Below, piece by piece: positions 18,594-29,667 of a stretch of 54,984 bases of DNA. The notes beneath the pieces were generated by a model. It ran no database searches and was not told the DNA's origin. It was given only the letters and a program-made list of their open reading frames with translations. The position numbers were made by a program, and so were the translations under genes. Position 1 is the first letter of the stretch. Each line of letters starts with the position of its first letter. Source of the DNA: an uncultured Synechococcus sp. (GTDB taxonomy: Bacteria; Cyanobacteriota; Cyanobacteriia; PCC-6307; Cyanobiaceae); contig CAXDNN010000001.1 in NCBI GenBank assembly GCA_963990675.1, forward strand, positions 1 to 54,984, given 5' to 3'.

Positions 18594-19289
18594 ATGGCAG
18601 AGATCAAAGAACTTGATTTATGCAAATCAATCGCAAAAAAAAAGCCCTTTATTTTCATCACAATAGCCGCAGGAGTACTTTTTCTAAGTACTACTCTTTC
18701 GCCAGAAACGGCAAAAAGCATCTCGAGAGAAGACGGATTAGTTGAGAATCTGACAACATTTATACTATTGGCGACCACAGCTTTAGGCCTATTCTCCGCA
18801 CTAAGGCAAAATCAAAGAAAAAGAACAGTTGCAATTATCTCTGCCATTTCATTTTTAGCCTTTTTAAGTGAGCTGAGTTTTGGAGAAAGAATCTTCAACC
18901 TAGACATGCCTCACGCAGGAGGAAAACAACTAGACGGCGTGCACGATCTGCTACATATGATCCAAAAAATATTTATTGCAAATTACAATTATCACCAAGC
19001 AGGGACAACAGCAGTTACAGCTGCATTAATTGGACTTGCCATGCTCGCAACATATGCAATCAGAAAAACAATTTATCGCATAAACATTAATCTAAAAGAA
19101 CTTAGAATTCGATACATGATAATTTTGTCTATAGTTTTTGCGGCAATTGCGCAAGGATTCGATCTAAATATTTTTCCTTACAAGAATTATCGCATTCTTG
19201 AAGAGACGCTAGAACTGTTATCGGCACTCTGCCTTTTTTCGGCAGTATTCAAAATAAAATTACACGCTCATCTCAATACAAACCAATAA
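18594..19289 (+). CDS. Hypothetical integral membrane protein in the AT-rich block
   Basis: 231-aa ORF, about 6 hydrophobic segments, acidic motifs EDGLVE / SELSFGER / EETLE. Confidence 0.7.
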   Translation: MAEIKELDLCKSIAKKKPFIFITIAAGVLFLSTTLSPETAKSISREDGLVENLTTFILLATTALGLFSALRQNQRKRTVAIISAISFLAFLSELSFGERIFNLDMPHAGGKQLDGVHDLLHMIQKIFIANYNYHQAGTTAVTAALIGLAMLATYAIRKTIYRININLKELRIRYMIILSIVFAAIAQGFDLNIFPYKNYRILEETLELLSALCLFSAVFKIKLHAHLNTNQ

Positions 19290-19618
19290 ACAAGACGATT
19301 AACAATAAACGATGGTGGCACACTAACCACTACGTCAACAAAGCACGTTCATTGCAAATGAAAATGCAAATCTACTTAAATATGCTAGACAAAATAAATA
19401 GACCTTGCAGGGGTTCTTCCAAGCAGCTTAATTTGTAGAATATCACTATTTTTAAGTGGTATTCAATTTAGCACTTGCCAAAAGCTCTCTACTCCAATGT
19501 ACAATTAGGGTTAACATTCACGCACGCCTCCTAAGCAAAGTAAACTAATCTTACAGAGATGATGCCTAGAGCAGTAGCACAATATATTGTTATTTTATAA
19601 ATGTTTCAACAATAAGCC

Positions 19619-20947
19619 ATGTATTCAGAAAATGAAATTTCTGAATTTGTTGATTCTGAAGATTTAAAATATCAGCGCATTGAGTTGCCATATGGAATAA
19701 AAACGCCAGGCGAAGAAAGAACTGAAACAATAAATTTAGTACATAATGAATTGAAAAAAGGGCAGACGGTTCTAGATATTGGATCTTTCCTAGGCCTTTT
19801 CTGCATCGCGTCTTTGCAGCAGGGGGCAAGCAAGGTTACAGGGCTAGAACTAAATAAAGAGAAACTAAGGCAAGCAAAGCAAATTGCAGAATTTCTTCAG
19901 TTGAAGCCTAAGTACTTACGATTAGATGTCGAAGAATATCCAAGGCTAGATAAACATGACTTAGTTCTATGCCTAAACGTTTTACATCATCTAAGGAATC
20001 CGATTGGAGTTTTACGCTATTTAGCATTGCATACCAACGACACAGTCATTATCGAAGCTGCTCAGTTCGGCATTCGTGAAGCCACTAAATTTGTCATGCG
20101 AGATATCAAGTCTTTCATTAAATCGTGGACAAGAGATTGGAAATCATTGCAAACATCAAGGATTCTATTGGGATTTATTCCTGCCATTATCAAGAATACA
20201 TCTGCTGCATTTATTGCTCCATATTCACCAAATACTTCTCTACGCACTTTTTTCTTTTCTAAGGCAGCATTAGACACAATCCTAAATTCACACATGAAGT
20301 TATTTTCATCTGTGAAGATTAAGAAATCTAATTTCAAAGATCGTTATTTTATTGTGTGCAAAAAACTTAAAATAAAGCATCTTGTCGTTGTATCGGGCAC
20401 ATGTGGATCGGGAAAATCCACATTTATAGATAATATGCAATCAAACGGCTACGCGGCTCAACTTGGAGCAAATAAAATGACTGACACTTTTGTAACAGGC
20501 AATATACTAAGGGAGCAAAAATTATCAGAATCCTTCCCTAATCAATTCAATAACACTGTAATCTTTCACTACGATATCAATTCAATAAATAGACATGAAC
20601 TTCACTCTTATGAAAGAGACCAGTCTTTAGATATTTTGACATGTGCTGACAAAATTTCAATTGTATTGCTGGCCCCAAGTCAAAAGATTTTGCTTAATCA
20701 AATGGTTCATTCAGAGAGCAAAGATGGTTATTTATCTAGCTATCACAATAACTTACAGAAGAAATATAAATCCCTCGAATGGCTTCGCGCACTACACCTT
20801 GACTGGCTGGAGTTTCTAAATAGAGACAGCCTAAATCTACATTCATACAAATTTTACGAATGCAATAGCACAAATAATATATTGCAGCCAATGACAGATA
20901 TTGATTCGCTTAAAATGCTTGTCGAAAAAAGATATTCGGAATCCTAA
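19619..20947 (+). CDS. Class I SAM-dependent methyltransferase fused to a P-loop NTPase/kinase-like domain
   Basis: VLDIGSFLG, VTGLE and DLVLCLNVLHH in the N-terminal half, VVVSGTCGSGKST Walker A in the C-terminal third. Confidence 0.78.
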   Translation: MYSENEISEFVDSEDLKYQRIELPYGIKTPGEERTETINLVHNELKKGQTVLDIGSFLGLFCIASLQQGASKVTGLELNKEKLRQAKQIAEFLQLKPKYLRLDVEEYPRLDKHDLVLCLNVLHHLRNPIGVLRYLALHTNDTVIIEAAQFGIREATKFVMRDIKSFIKSWTRDWKSLQTSRILLGFIPAIIKNTSAAFIAPYSPNTSLRTFFFSKAALDTILNSHMKLFSSVKIKKSNFKDRYFIVCKKLKIKHLVVVSGTCGSGKSTFIDNMQSNGYAAQLGANKMTDTFVTGNILREQKLSESFPNQFNNTVIFHYDINSINRHELHSYERDQSLDILTCADKISIVLLAPSQKILLNQMVHSESKDGYLSSYHNNLQKKYKSLEWLRALHLDWLEFLNRDSLNLHSYKFYECNSTNNILQPMTDIDSLKMLVEKRYSES

Positions 20948-21251
20948 GACCAAGCCTTAATCAAGCCGTATCCAAGCAGCAAAAAATGCTAAGTTACGAT
21001 ATAAGTTTCCATTTCGTTTCTGACTCAGACTCATACAAACAAGCATGACATCCCAGTTAAATACAGTGTTAGCATTTAAGCTTTCGAGAACTACTCGATA
21101 ATCACATATAATACAGTATGGAGAGAACTTAAATTCGTTGGTTCGCATTCAAGTCAACGATTGCAAAAACAAAATAAATAGTCCATAAATTTGAGGAAGC
21201 GGACAAAGGAATTAAACCGAGTAAGCTTTTCAAGTCGCTAGCAACTTATAG

Positions 21252-22103
<852 letters not shown>

Positions 22104-22347
22104 ATTCTTATTCGGTCAAATAAGAACAATACATAACAGTGAGGTGATACTCGCCCATCAAAAGTTTGAACATAAAATTCCGTATGCTACATATAGCAAA
22201 TTACTCCTTAACCAAAAATCTATGTTAAATATTTGCCTATACCAACACTTGTGTCTGCTCAATGGGATGCAATTTCTACCTACCTGAAACAAATTACTTG
22301 AATACTATATATCTCTCTAGGATCATGAAAATGTACAGCTAACCTCG

Positions 22348-23487
22348 CTAAGAATGCTTATCAATAACACGATGGAGAAGAGTACTTAGAGCAGATAGAT
22401 GATGATCTAATGTAAAATTACGAATAATGCGATCATGGCCCAAAGATCCCATTTTTGCTGCCATTTCTGAATCAAGAACCAATTTCGCCATAGCGTTAGC
22501 CATTCCATTTATATCACCTTCATCAACCAGAAATCCAGTAACATCTTGCAAAACTACCTCGGGTATGCCTGCATGAAATGTAGCCACGACTGGCAAGCCA
22601 CTCAACTGAGCTTCCATAATGGCCACTGGGCTTCCTTCACTGTCACCATCAGCTGCAACGTTTGAGTGTTGTACAAACATGCGTGCTTTGCGCATCAATG
22701 CTGCAACTTCACATGGCGTCAAAACTCCAGTAAATATTACTTGATCAGCGATATCACTTCTGGCCACCATTTCTTTTGCATCTAGCATTAAAGGTCCATC
22801 TCCAACCATCACTAACTGACACTGAGACGACAGATATTTTGGAAGCCTCTGAAGTAGCTTTTTAAATGCCGCCAAGGTAAAGAGCGGGCCTTTTTTAGCG
22901 ACAAAACGCCCTACAGCCAACAGCAAAGGTGGTGCTTTAGCAGGTGCAGAGCCATAAAAATATGTTGAATTAGCGCCTGAAGGGCTAATCAATATCCACT
23001 CGGTAGGTGCACCGAGCTCCTTCAAAGTATTTGCCATAGGAATACTCTTAACAACAAATGCTGAAGCGAAATGCATCAGAATACGATACTTTTTTTTCAG
23101 CTTCAAAAATTTTGACTCTGATGATGCATCAGATCCTCGGAAATGGACTACGAGAGGAACTCCAGTCCAAGTAGCAACATTCATGACGCGAATGGCATGA
23201 AAACCGAACTCAGCCAGCAATACATTAGGCTTGTGATACTGCACAAGAAGCAGCGCAACCAATGATCCTGGCAATGAAGAAAATCTAAACCAACCGATTC
23301 TTGTCAGTCCTTTACTAATAAGAATGGAAACTCCATATAAAAGCTGTAAAGGGTTTGATACAGATAGCTCATCTCCAAAATAAGCATAAATCTGAAAAGG
23401 CAGACCACAAAGATTTGCACGAATAAACGTCTCGGATGCCGCACGTCTTGTCGGGGCAAATACAAGCAGCTTTGGCAATGTATTCAT
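22348..23487 (-). CDS. Glycosyltransferase family 4
   Basis: HFRGSD, VGRFVAKKG, DGDSEGSPVAIMEA...GLPVVAT.HAGIPE. Confidence 0.9.
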   Translation of the reverse strand: MNTLPKLLVFAPTRRAASETFIRANLCGLPFQIYAYFGDELSVSNPLQLLYGVSILISKGLTRIGWFRFSSLPGSLVALLLVQYHKPNVLLAEFGFHAIRVMNVATWTGVPLVVHFRGSDASSESKFLKLKKKYRILMHFASAFVVKSIPMANTLKELGAPTEWILISPSGANSTYFYGSAPAKAPPLLLAVGRFVAKKGPLFTLAAFKKLLQRLPKYLSSQCQLVMVGDGPLMLDAKEMVARSDIADQVIFTGVLTPCEVAALMRKARMFVQHSNVAADGDSEGSPVAIMEAQLSGLPVVATFHAGIPEVVLQDVTGFLVDEGDINGMANAMAKLVLDSEMAAKMGSLGHDRIIRNFTLDHHLSALSTLLHRVIDKHS

Positions 23488-24662
23488 CAAAGGGGAAGTA
23501 GACCCAGCCGATTCAAAACCTTCAACATACTTTTAGTACGTTGTTCATAGGTTGATTGAGATGCTCGTTCAAGCATTTTCTCAGTATCTGGACCTTCTCC
23601 CTGGAGGGCTTTGCGAATAGCAATTTCAAACTGAATTGCAGAGGGTTCACATAATTGTGCTACATCACTATGAGCTTGCAAAGATGGGATTGAGGTAGCA
23701 ACAGTAGAACATCCAGATGCAAGATATTCAAAGAATTTCATCGGAAACATAAAACGGGTATAGTCATTTTGATGCAATGGAAGCAAGGCCACATCACTAT
23801 GCGCAAGCCAGTCTGGCAACTCCTTATACGGACGTGTATCAAACCAAAAGACGTTTGACAACGCAGTTACACTAGATAAATCAGTCGAAGCATCACATTC
23901 TGCAATTGGTCCTACGAGCACATAGGACCAATTTGGAGTTTTCAGAATTAATTCTTCCATCATCACTAAATTAATCTTATAAGAATCAAGAGCGCCTATA
24001 AATAATATTCTTGGCTTAGGAATTAATGAGAGATCTTTAGGGCACGGTAAATCTAATTCGAAAGCTCTGCGAAAATGTTTAGCATCTACGACGTTCCCAA
24101 AAAAATAAGTTTGTTTATTTAATAGCTCCAAGCGTTGCTGCAATTCTGGAGATGTCGTAAATACAGCATCCACAACAACACACAGATCTCTTTCACTACG
24201 CCGAATTAATGCCGAGGGCATTCCCGGCTGATCCTGAATACTGTCTACACAATGGTAGATCGAAGCTTGAAAATCTGTCAATGACAGATATAAAAGTGAA
24301 AGAGGATTATAAGTCCAAAGCAGTGGTGATTTAAAGCAAAGGTGCCTAATGATTATGGATAATCCTATACGTACTAGAAAACGATTCAAAGCCAATATGA
24401 ATCCACGATTTCCACCAGGTACAACAAGTGGAGACCAAATCCACAGATTGCCTTTAACTTTCCGAGGTGGACGCAAAACTCGCTGAAGTCTTCTCAATAT
24501 GCGACGACTATCCGCAACACTTGCACGTGGAGGCCGTAATCCAAGGGACTCAATATAAAGAACTCTATGACCATGATCTATTAAACTTAAAGCAGTATGC
24601 TGCTTATTAGTCCAGAGAGGATGATCCCAATCGGCCGTCGCAAGAATGACAAAGTCTGCCAT
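23487..24662 (-). CDS. Glycosyltransferase (GT-B, TuaH-like)
   Basis: ADWDHPLWTNKQH, YHCVD, FPMKFFEYLASG. Confidence 0.85.
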   Translation of the reverse strand: MADFVILATADWDHPLWTNKQHTALSLIDHGHRVLYIESLGLRPPRASVADSRRILRRLQRVLRPPRKVKGNLWIWSPLVVPGGNRGFILALNRFLVRIGLSIIIRHLCFKSPLLWTYNPLSLLYLSLTDFQASIYHCVDSIQDQPGMPSALIRRSERDLCVVVDAVFTTSPELQQRLELLNKQTYFFGNVVDAKHFRRAFELDLPCPKDLSLIPKPRILFIGALDSYKINLVMMEELILKTPNWSYVLVGPIAECDASTDLSSVTALSNVFWFDTRPYKELPDWLAHSDVALLPLHQNDYTRFMFPMKFFEYLASGCSTVATSIPSLQAHSDVAQLCEPSAIQFEIAIRKALQGEGPDTEKMLERASQSTYEQRTKSMLKVLNRLGLLPL

Positions 24663-24667
24663 AGAGT

Positions 24668-26485
24668 TCAGCTCTTTTCAATTTGAGTCATTTCACGGAA
24701 TGACTCCGAAGAAGCAAAAAGTGTTTCGAAATCACCAAATGCCTTAATACTGCCATCATAAATCTCATAAATGCGATCACATTTACGAACAGTTGAAAGT
24801 CTATGGGCAATTACAATAGTAGTACATCGTCTTCCAACTAAATCTAATGCCTGCATTACCTCATTTTCAGTTTTATTATCTAGTGCACTTGTTGCTTCAT
24901 CTAGAACGAGGACTTCTGCCTCTTTATAAAAAGCGCGCGCCAAAGAAAGTCGCTGCCTTTGACCTCCAGAAAGCTTAACCCCATTTTCTCCTATCATTGT
25001 ATACAAGCCATAAATCATATCGCCTACAACATCATTAAACTGTGCAGCTTCTAAGGCAGCCCAAACCTTGCTGTCATCAATATCATCATGATCAACCCCA
25101 AATGCTACATTTTCCCTTATACTGGTATCAAGTAACACTATATCTTGAGGAACTAATGCACAATTAGCTTGCCAGGCAGGGACTTCCCTAGGAAGCAAAG
25201 GAACCCCATCTAAAAGCAGATTTCCTGAGCTTGGCTTATACAAGCCAAGGAGAAGATGCACCAAAGTTGTCTTTCCACTACCAGTCCTACCTACAAAGGC
25301 AACTCGAGATCCAACAGGGATAGTAAGATTTATATCAGAAAGAGTTTCTTTTTTCATCTTCGAATACCGGAAACTAACATCTTTCAATTGAATAAACTGC
25401 CGTGGCATCATTCCAGATATAGAAGGAACTCCTGGGGAAGAAAATAGAATCCGTTTTGGACGTAATGCTAGAAGCTCTAGAGCATCATGTATCTCAGGCA
25501 AGCCACCACGCAATTTATTACTATTACGAAAAGTATTTTGCAATGGGGCAGATATTCTCAATAACGTTCCAAGAACAGCCGCAAAAGTAGGGATAACTTG
25601 GCGAATTTCACCTTCATTGCCACTAAACAAAACAGGAGCAAGGCATACGGTAAAGAGTATTGTTACTCCTGCCGGCTCGATTACATAGCGCGGAACATCT
25701 GGCAACAATTTAGCTAATTTGTCATAACGCTTAGCAACGAGTCCATCCTTAGCAAATCGTCCAATGAAAAACTGATCAGCCGAATAGAGATGAACATCTC
25801 GGATAGATCGCAATGACTCTACAAGCATCATATGTATTCTTCTTGAATAACGAACCTGCTGTTTTGTCGCAAATCGAAGATATGGGATAATTAACTTTGC
25901 AGATAAGAGATATGCAGACATCAATAAAAAAAACATGACAAGCGCAGGCAAGCCAAGAACAAATACCACTCCAAACAAAAGAACTATTACAGACAATGCA
26001 TTGCTAGTCATCGCTATCACAGGGCTTACAATAGATGTGGATAATTTATTCAAAATTCTATTGAAACTTTCAGACAAATTAGCCGTTCTATGTATTGCAA
26101 AAAACTCATAATCTTGGAACATTAAATTGCTATATACTTTATTAACTAAATCATTCCATATTTCAGCACTTAGCATGCTTTGGAGATAAGCGACTCCAAA
26201 TCTAATTGCTGACGTAAGCCAGAAAGTCGCTATCAATAGACCCAACAACCAGCCAGCTTGATCAAGAATATCGCCACCAAAGAATGTGATACCTGGAACC
26301 TTGTCTACAAGCTTGACTCCTGCCATTAAGCCCACAACTCGAGCGAGCAGTCCTACCAACAAAATATCCATCAGACCTTGAAATACTGCAGCCAATAAGA
26401 CAACGATTAAAAATCGGATTCTCTTTGATGGCAGCTCATTCAGTAGCCGTCCAAGATCTGTCCAGGTTTGACTTTGAACCGGCAT
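24668..26485 (-). CDS. ABC transporter ATP-binding/permease (MsbA/PglK-like, likely glycan exporter)
   Basis: TM domain plus GRTGSGKT, LSGGQRQR, LVLDEATSALD, IAHRLST. Co-oriented with glycosyltransferases. Confidence 0.88.
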   Translation of the reverse strand: MPVQSQTWTDLGRLLNELPSKRIRFLIVVLLAAVFQGLMDILLVGLLARVVGLMAGVKLVDKVPGITFFGGDILDQAGWLLGLLIATFWLTSAIRFGVAYLQSMLSAEIWNDLVNKVYSNLMFQDYEFFAIHRTANLSESFNRILNKLSTSIVSPVIAMTSNALSVIVLLFGVVFVLGLPALVMFFLLMSAYLLSAKLIIPYLRFATKQQVRYSRRIHMMLVESLRSIRDVHLYSADQFFIGRFAKDGLVAKRYDKLAKLLPDVPRYVIEPAGVTILFTVCLAPVLFSGNEGEIRQVIPTFAAVLGTLLRISAPLQNTFRNSNKLRGGLPEIHDALELLALRPKRILFSSPGVPSISGMMPRQFIQLKDVSFRYSKMKKETLSDINLTIPVGSRVAFVGRTGSGKTTLVHLLLGLYKPSSGNLLLDGVPLLPREVPAWQANCALVPQDIVLLDTSIRENVAFGVDHDDIDDSKVWAALEAAQFNDVVGDMIYGLYTMIGENGVKLSGGQRQRLSLARAFYKEAEVLVLDEATSALDNKTENEVMQALDLVGRRCTTIVIAHRLSTVRKCDRIYEIYDGSIKAFGDFETLFASSESFREMTQIEKS

Positions 26486-26564
26486 GAAAGCATCAGATCA
26501 TTAAGAAGGCCGACGGATCGCCAACCTGCTGTAATTGAAACCTAGATCGGGACGTGTCCTGCCT

Positions 26565-27605
26565 CTATAAGTGTGCCGGCCAGCCGGGTAACCGATCGAC
26601 CACTCGGCACAAGCGCTTCAACCTTTGCCGCCAGCGCAGCTGCCAAGTGGCCGGATTAACCAACCAAGGGCCGTGGAGTGCATCCAAAACATCGAGATGC
26701 TTAACAGCTTCCCGCCAACTCTCCAACAGACGAGCCTCTGTATAGGGAGACAAGCCCTCCTCCAGCACATCTGCCTGGGGACGCCATTGGGACGGGTTCT
26801 GCACCGCAGACTGGATGCGGCTTACATCAAACTCAAGTCGTCCGCAGCCAATTTGATGAACAGTCCGGCAAGGATCACCGTGATCTGCGAGGGCATGGTT
26901 CAGGCTGCTGAACACCACACAGCCGCAAGCCAAAGCCTCCAAAGGCGGCAAGCCAAACCCTTCGGTCACTCCCCTGCCCCGCCAGTAATCCGCTGAGTCG
27001 TAGAGATACACCGTGGACTGATTAAACAAATCCACGAGATCGTCGACCCAGCCGCTCTGAACCTCCACCTTCAATCCAACCCGTTGGAGTGCCGGCACCA
27101 ATTGATTCAGAACGTAGGGGCTGCTCTTTCGGGCTTGCACGAAAACATCAATCGAACGCACTCCTTCTTGCCCACGCGCTCCACGGGTCAACCACGGATC
27201 TGCAAGGGCGTTTGGCACCAAACACAGCGGATTGCGCGGTGCCCGAGCTCCCCAATACCCCAACGTGTTTCTGCTGACGGCAAGCACCGGAACACCAGCA
27301 GGGAGGTCAAATCCGTATCCACTGCTGTGGGCGTGGTAGGCCACACGGTGGCCACGCAAGCGTCGAATCAGCCTCGGCACATCAAAGCCCCAGCTCACAA
27401 TCCAGAGGATGCTGCGATCAGGTTCTTCTCTCCGAAGGCAGTCGCCAAGGAAAGCGAGATCGTCCTGCCGCTGGCGGTAGGTGACCACTTCCGTAGGGCA
27501 TAAGCCCGCCATCAGGCGGGCCGTTTGCAATTCAACGCTGAGTCCGCCACATCGAAAACGACGACCGGTGCCAGGAACCAAAAAGCGAATAAGCCTGGTG
27601 GACAC
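26565..27605 (-). CDS. Putative glycosyltransferase (GT-B-like C-terminus)
   Basis: EGFGLPPLEALACGC motif, N-terminal CGGLSVE. Confidence 0.75.
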   Translation of the reverse strand: MSTRLIRFLVPGTGRRFRCGGLSVELQTARLMAGLCPTEVVTYRQRQDDLAFLGDCLRREEPDRSILWIVSWGFDVPRLIRRLRGHRVAYHAHSSGYGFDLPAGVPVLAVSRNTLGYWGARAPRNPLCLVPNALADPWLTRGARGQEGVRSIDVFVQARKSSPYVLNQLVPALQRVGLKVEVQSGWVDDLVDLFNQSTVYLYDSADYWRGRGVTEGFGLPPLEALACGCVVFSSLNHALADHGDPCRTVHQIGCGRLEFDVSRIQSAVQNPSQWRPQADVLEEGLSPYTEARLLESWREAVKHLDVLDALHGPWLVNPATWQLRWRQRLKRLCRVVDRLPGWPAHL

Positions 27606-27608
27606 CGA

Positions 27609-28322
27609 TCAGGCGGTGGCCGCCTCCGTGCTGCCCGTCCGCTGACGACGGGTCAAGAAACCAAACAGAACTTTGCCGATCGCAGCCACCAGGTTGCCTT
27701 CAAGCTCCTGGAACATTTTCATGTTGAGGTGGAAAGCGTTGTTGGCTTCCTCGACAATCCGATCCGCCATCGCTTGATCGATGGGCAACGCATCCATGGT
27801 GGAGCGATACATCGTTTTAAAGCCCTTCTCATCAGCAATGTCGTTGAAGATATAAAAACGAAGTCCATCGTCTCCATCCATATTCATTGCTTTCTGAGCA
27901 ATATTTTTCAGAATCTGACCCCCGGAAAGATCGCCCATGTAGCGGGTGTAATGGTGACCAACCAACAATTCCGGAGACTCTTTCGCAAGGGCATGAATCC
28001 GCTCTACATACAGAGCAGCAGAAGGAGATGGCTGGATTTCCTCCTTCCAATTCTCTCCGAAGTAATAGGCGAGGTCTTGGGAAAGGGATTCAACCCGATT
28101 CAGCTCTTTCTTCCCCACAGGACCAACGACTGGATGCTCAGCGAGCTTGTCGATTTCCTCTTCCATCGCCTCGTAGACGAAATAGAGATCGGCAACCAGC
28201 TTGCGGTAGCTGGACTTATCAACAACACCCTTGAGGAAGCAGCTCACAAAGCCAGTGTTTTCGGCCATCGTGTGGGCCTTTTTCGTACCTTCCCTGAGCT
28301 GGGCAGCAAGTGCAACGGACAT
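27609..28322 (-). CDS. ho1: Heme oxygenase (biliverdin-producing)
   Basis: LREGTKKAHTMAEN, HHYTRYMGDLSGGQILK, EANNAFHLN. Confidence 0.96.
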   Translation of the reverse strand: MSVALAAQLREGTKKAHTMAENTGFVSCFLKGVVDKSSYRKLVADLYFVYEAMEEEIDKLAEHPVVGPVGKKELNRVESLSQDLAYYFGENWKEEIQPSPSAALYVERIHALAKESPELLVGHHYTRYMGDLSGGQILKNIAQKAMNMDGDDGLRFYIFNDIADEKGFKTMYRSTMDALPIDQAMADRIVEEANNAFHLNMKMFQELEGNLVAAIGKVLFGFLTRRQRTGSTEAATA

Positions 28323-28396
28323 GAATGCTATCGAGATCACCAATTCCAAAACCCTATAAGGAGTTTTGGCGCTGCAGTCACGAGCGTTGCGAAGGG

Positions 28397-28840
28397 TTAC
28401 GGCTCTTGAGGCTGATGAACGTTTGGATCGAACAAAAGGAACAGATCGCGACACATTTGTCGAAGTTGTGTGGTCTGCTCCGCTTGGGGTAAGTGGGAAC
28501 CCTCGGGAGACCAATCCCCCACGGTGGCTAACCGCCAACGCTCGCCGTCGTAGGTCATGCCTCGAATCAAAACGCCAAGCAGTTTCAAGCCCTGATCAGC
28601 GTCATTATTTTGAAAACGAAGCTGCAATAGCAAGCTTCGGCACTGCAGGCGCGGACTCCAGCCTGGGAAGTGAAACGAGAGGTCGAGCGATTCGGGTTCA
28701 TCCCACTGACGGGTTTCGGCGTCATCCCGCCAAGGCCGCAGGTTCGGCTTTGCAGCAGGAAACTGCTCTCGCACCAACGTGACAATGGTGGCCACCGCCC
28801 GCACTTGCGCAACGCTCCGCACTGACTCGCCCGCGTTCAC
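28397..28840 (-). CDS. Hypothetical protein, likely conserved in cyanobacteria
   Basis: Protein-like ORF (PNLRPWRDD.ETR, SLDLSFHFPGWS) with host codon usage. The GTG start is approximate. Confidence 0.65.
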   Translation of the reverse strand: MNAGESVRSVAQVRAVATIVTLVREQFPAAKPNLRPWRDDAETRQWDEPESLDLSFHFPGWSPRLQCRSLLLQLRFQNNDADQGLKLLGVLIRGMTYDGERWRLATVGDWSPEGSHLPQAEQTTQLRQMCRDLFLLFDPNVHQPQEP

Positions 28841-28917
28841 AACACGCTTCCAACTCCCCTCATCCTGCAGGGGGCAGCAAGGGGCCGCCGTTACGGTTGC
28901 GCCAGGTTCACAAATCC

Positions 28918-29667
28918 ATGGCGCGCGCGTTGCATATCGGAGTTTTGGGGGCAATGCCTGAAGAAATCGGCTCTGACCTGAGCCATCTCCAGCAGCTTCG
29001 AAGTGAACAGCATGGCGACCTCACCATCCATCACGGGACCTGGGGAGAGGGCATCCGCCTCAGCCTCGCCTGGAGCGGATGGGGAAAGGTGAGTGCCGCT
29101 CGAGCGGCAACGCGGCTGATTAGCTCTGTGCCTGACATCGATCTGCTGCTGTTTACGGGCGTAGCCGGCGCCGCCGATCCAGCTCTCAAACAATGGGATG
29201 TCGTGCTTGCCGATGCCGTCGTGCAACACGACATGGATTCCAGACCCCTCTTCCCACGCTTCACCCTGCCAGCGCTGAATCGGGCCCAACTGAACCCCGA
29301 GTCGAGCTGGTTGACCTGGGCCTCCAGAGCCTTGGCCCAGGCCGCTCAAGCGGGAGAACTCGACGAATTTGGATCACCAAGCACCGGTTTGATCGCGACG
29401 GGAGACCGATTCATCGGCGATTCCGCAGTCCTGGACACCCTGCGCGAGGCGCTACCTGGACTCAAGGCGGTGGAAATGGAAGGTGCTGCCGTTGCACAGG
29501 TGGCGGAACAGGAGGGCATGCCATGGCTCGTGCTGCGGGTGATTTCGGATGGTGCCGATGCCAGTGCAGCCCAAAGCTTCGGAGATTTCATTCAGGTGTA
29601 TGACCGACGGGCTTGGTGTCTTCTGCAGGCACTGTTGTCGCGGGCTGAGCAGGCACCTCAACGATGA
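28918..29667 (+). CDS. mtnN: 5'-methylthioadenosine/S-adenosylhomocysteine nucleosidase
   Basis: IGVLGAMPEE, SGWGKVSAA, TGVAG, QHDMD, TGDRFI, AVEMEGAAVAQV, RVISDGAD. Confidence 0.9.
   Translation: MARALHIGVLGAMPEEIGSDLSHLQQLRSEQHGDLTIHHGTWGEGIRLSLAWSGWGKVSAARAATRLISSVPDIDLLLFTGVAGAADPALKQWDVVLADAVVQHDMDSRPLFPRFTLPALNRAQLNPESSWLTWASRALAQAAQAGELDEFGSPSTGLIATGDRFIGDSAVLDTLREALPGLKAVEMEGAAVAQVAEQEGMPWLVLRVISDGADASAAQSFGDFIQVYDRRAWCLLQALLSRAEQAPQR

Noticed and set aside
19579-19614. Palindrome ACAATATATTGT and inverted repeat TATTGTT/AACAATA before the methyltransferase fusion
   Set aside because: Short AT-rich symmetry is expected by chance here and I cannot assign a regulator
20957-21148. 63-aa minus-strand ORF upstream of kdsA
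   Set aside because: Short, no motif, and probably non-coding AT-rich spacer
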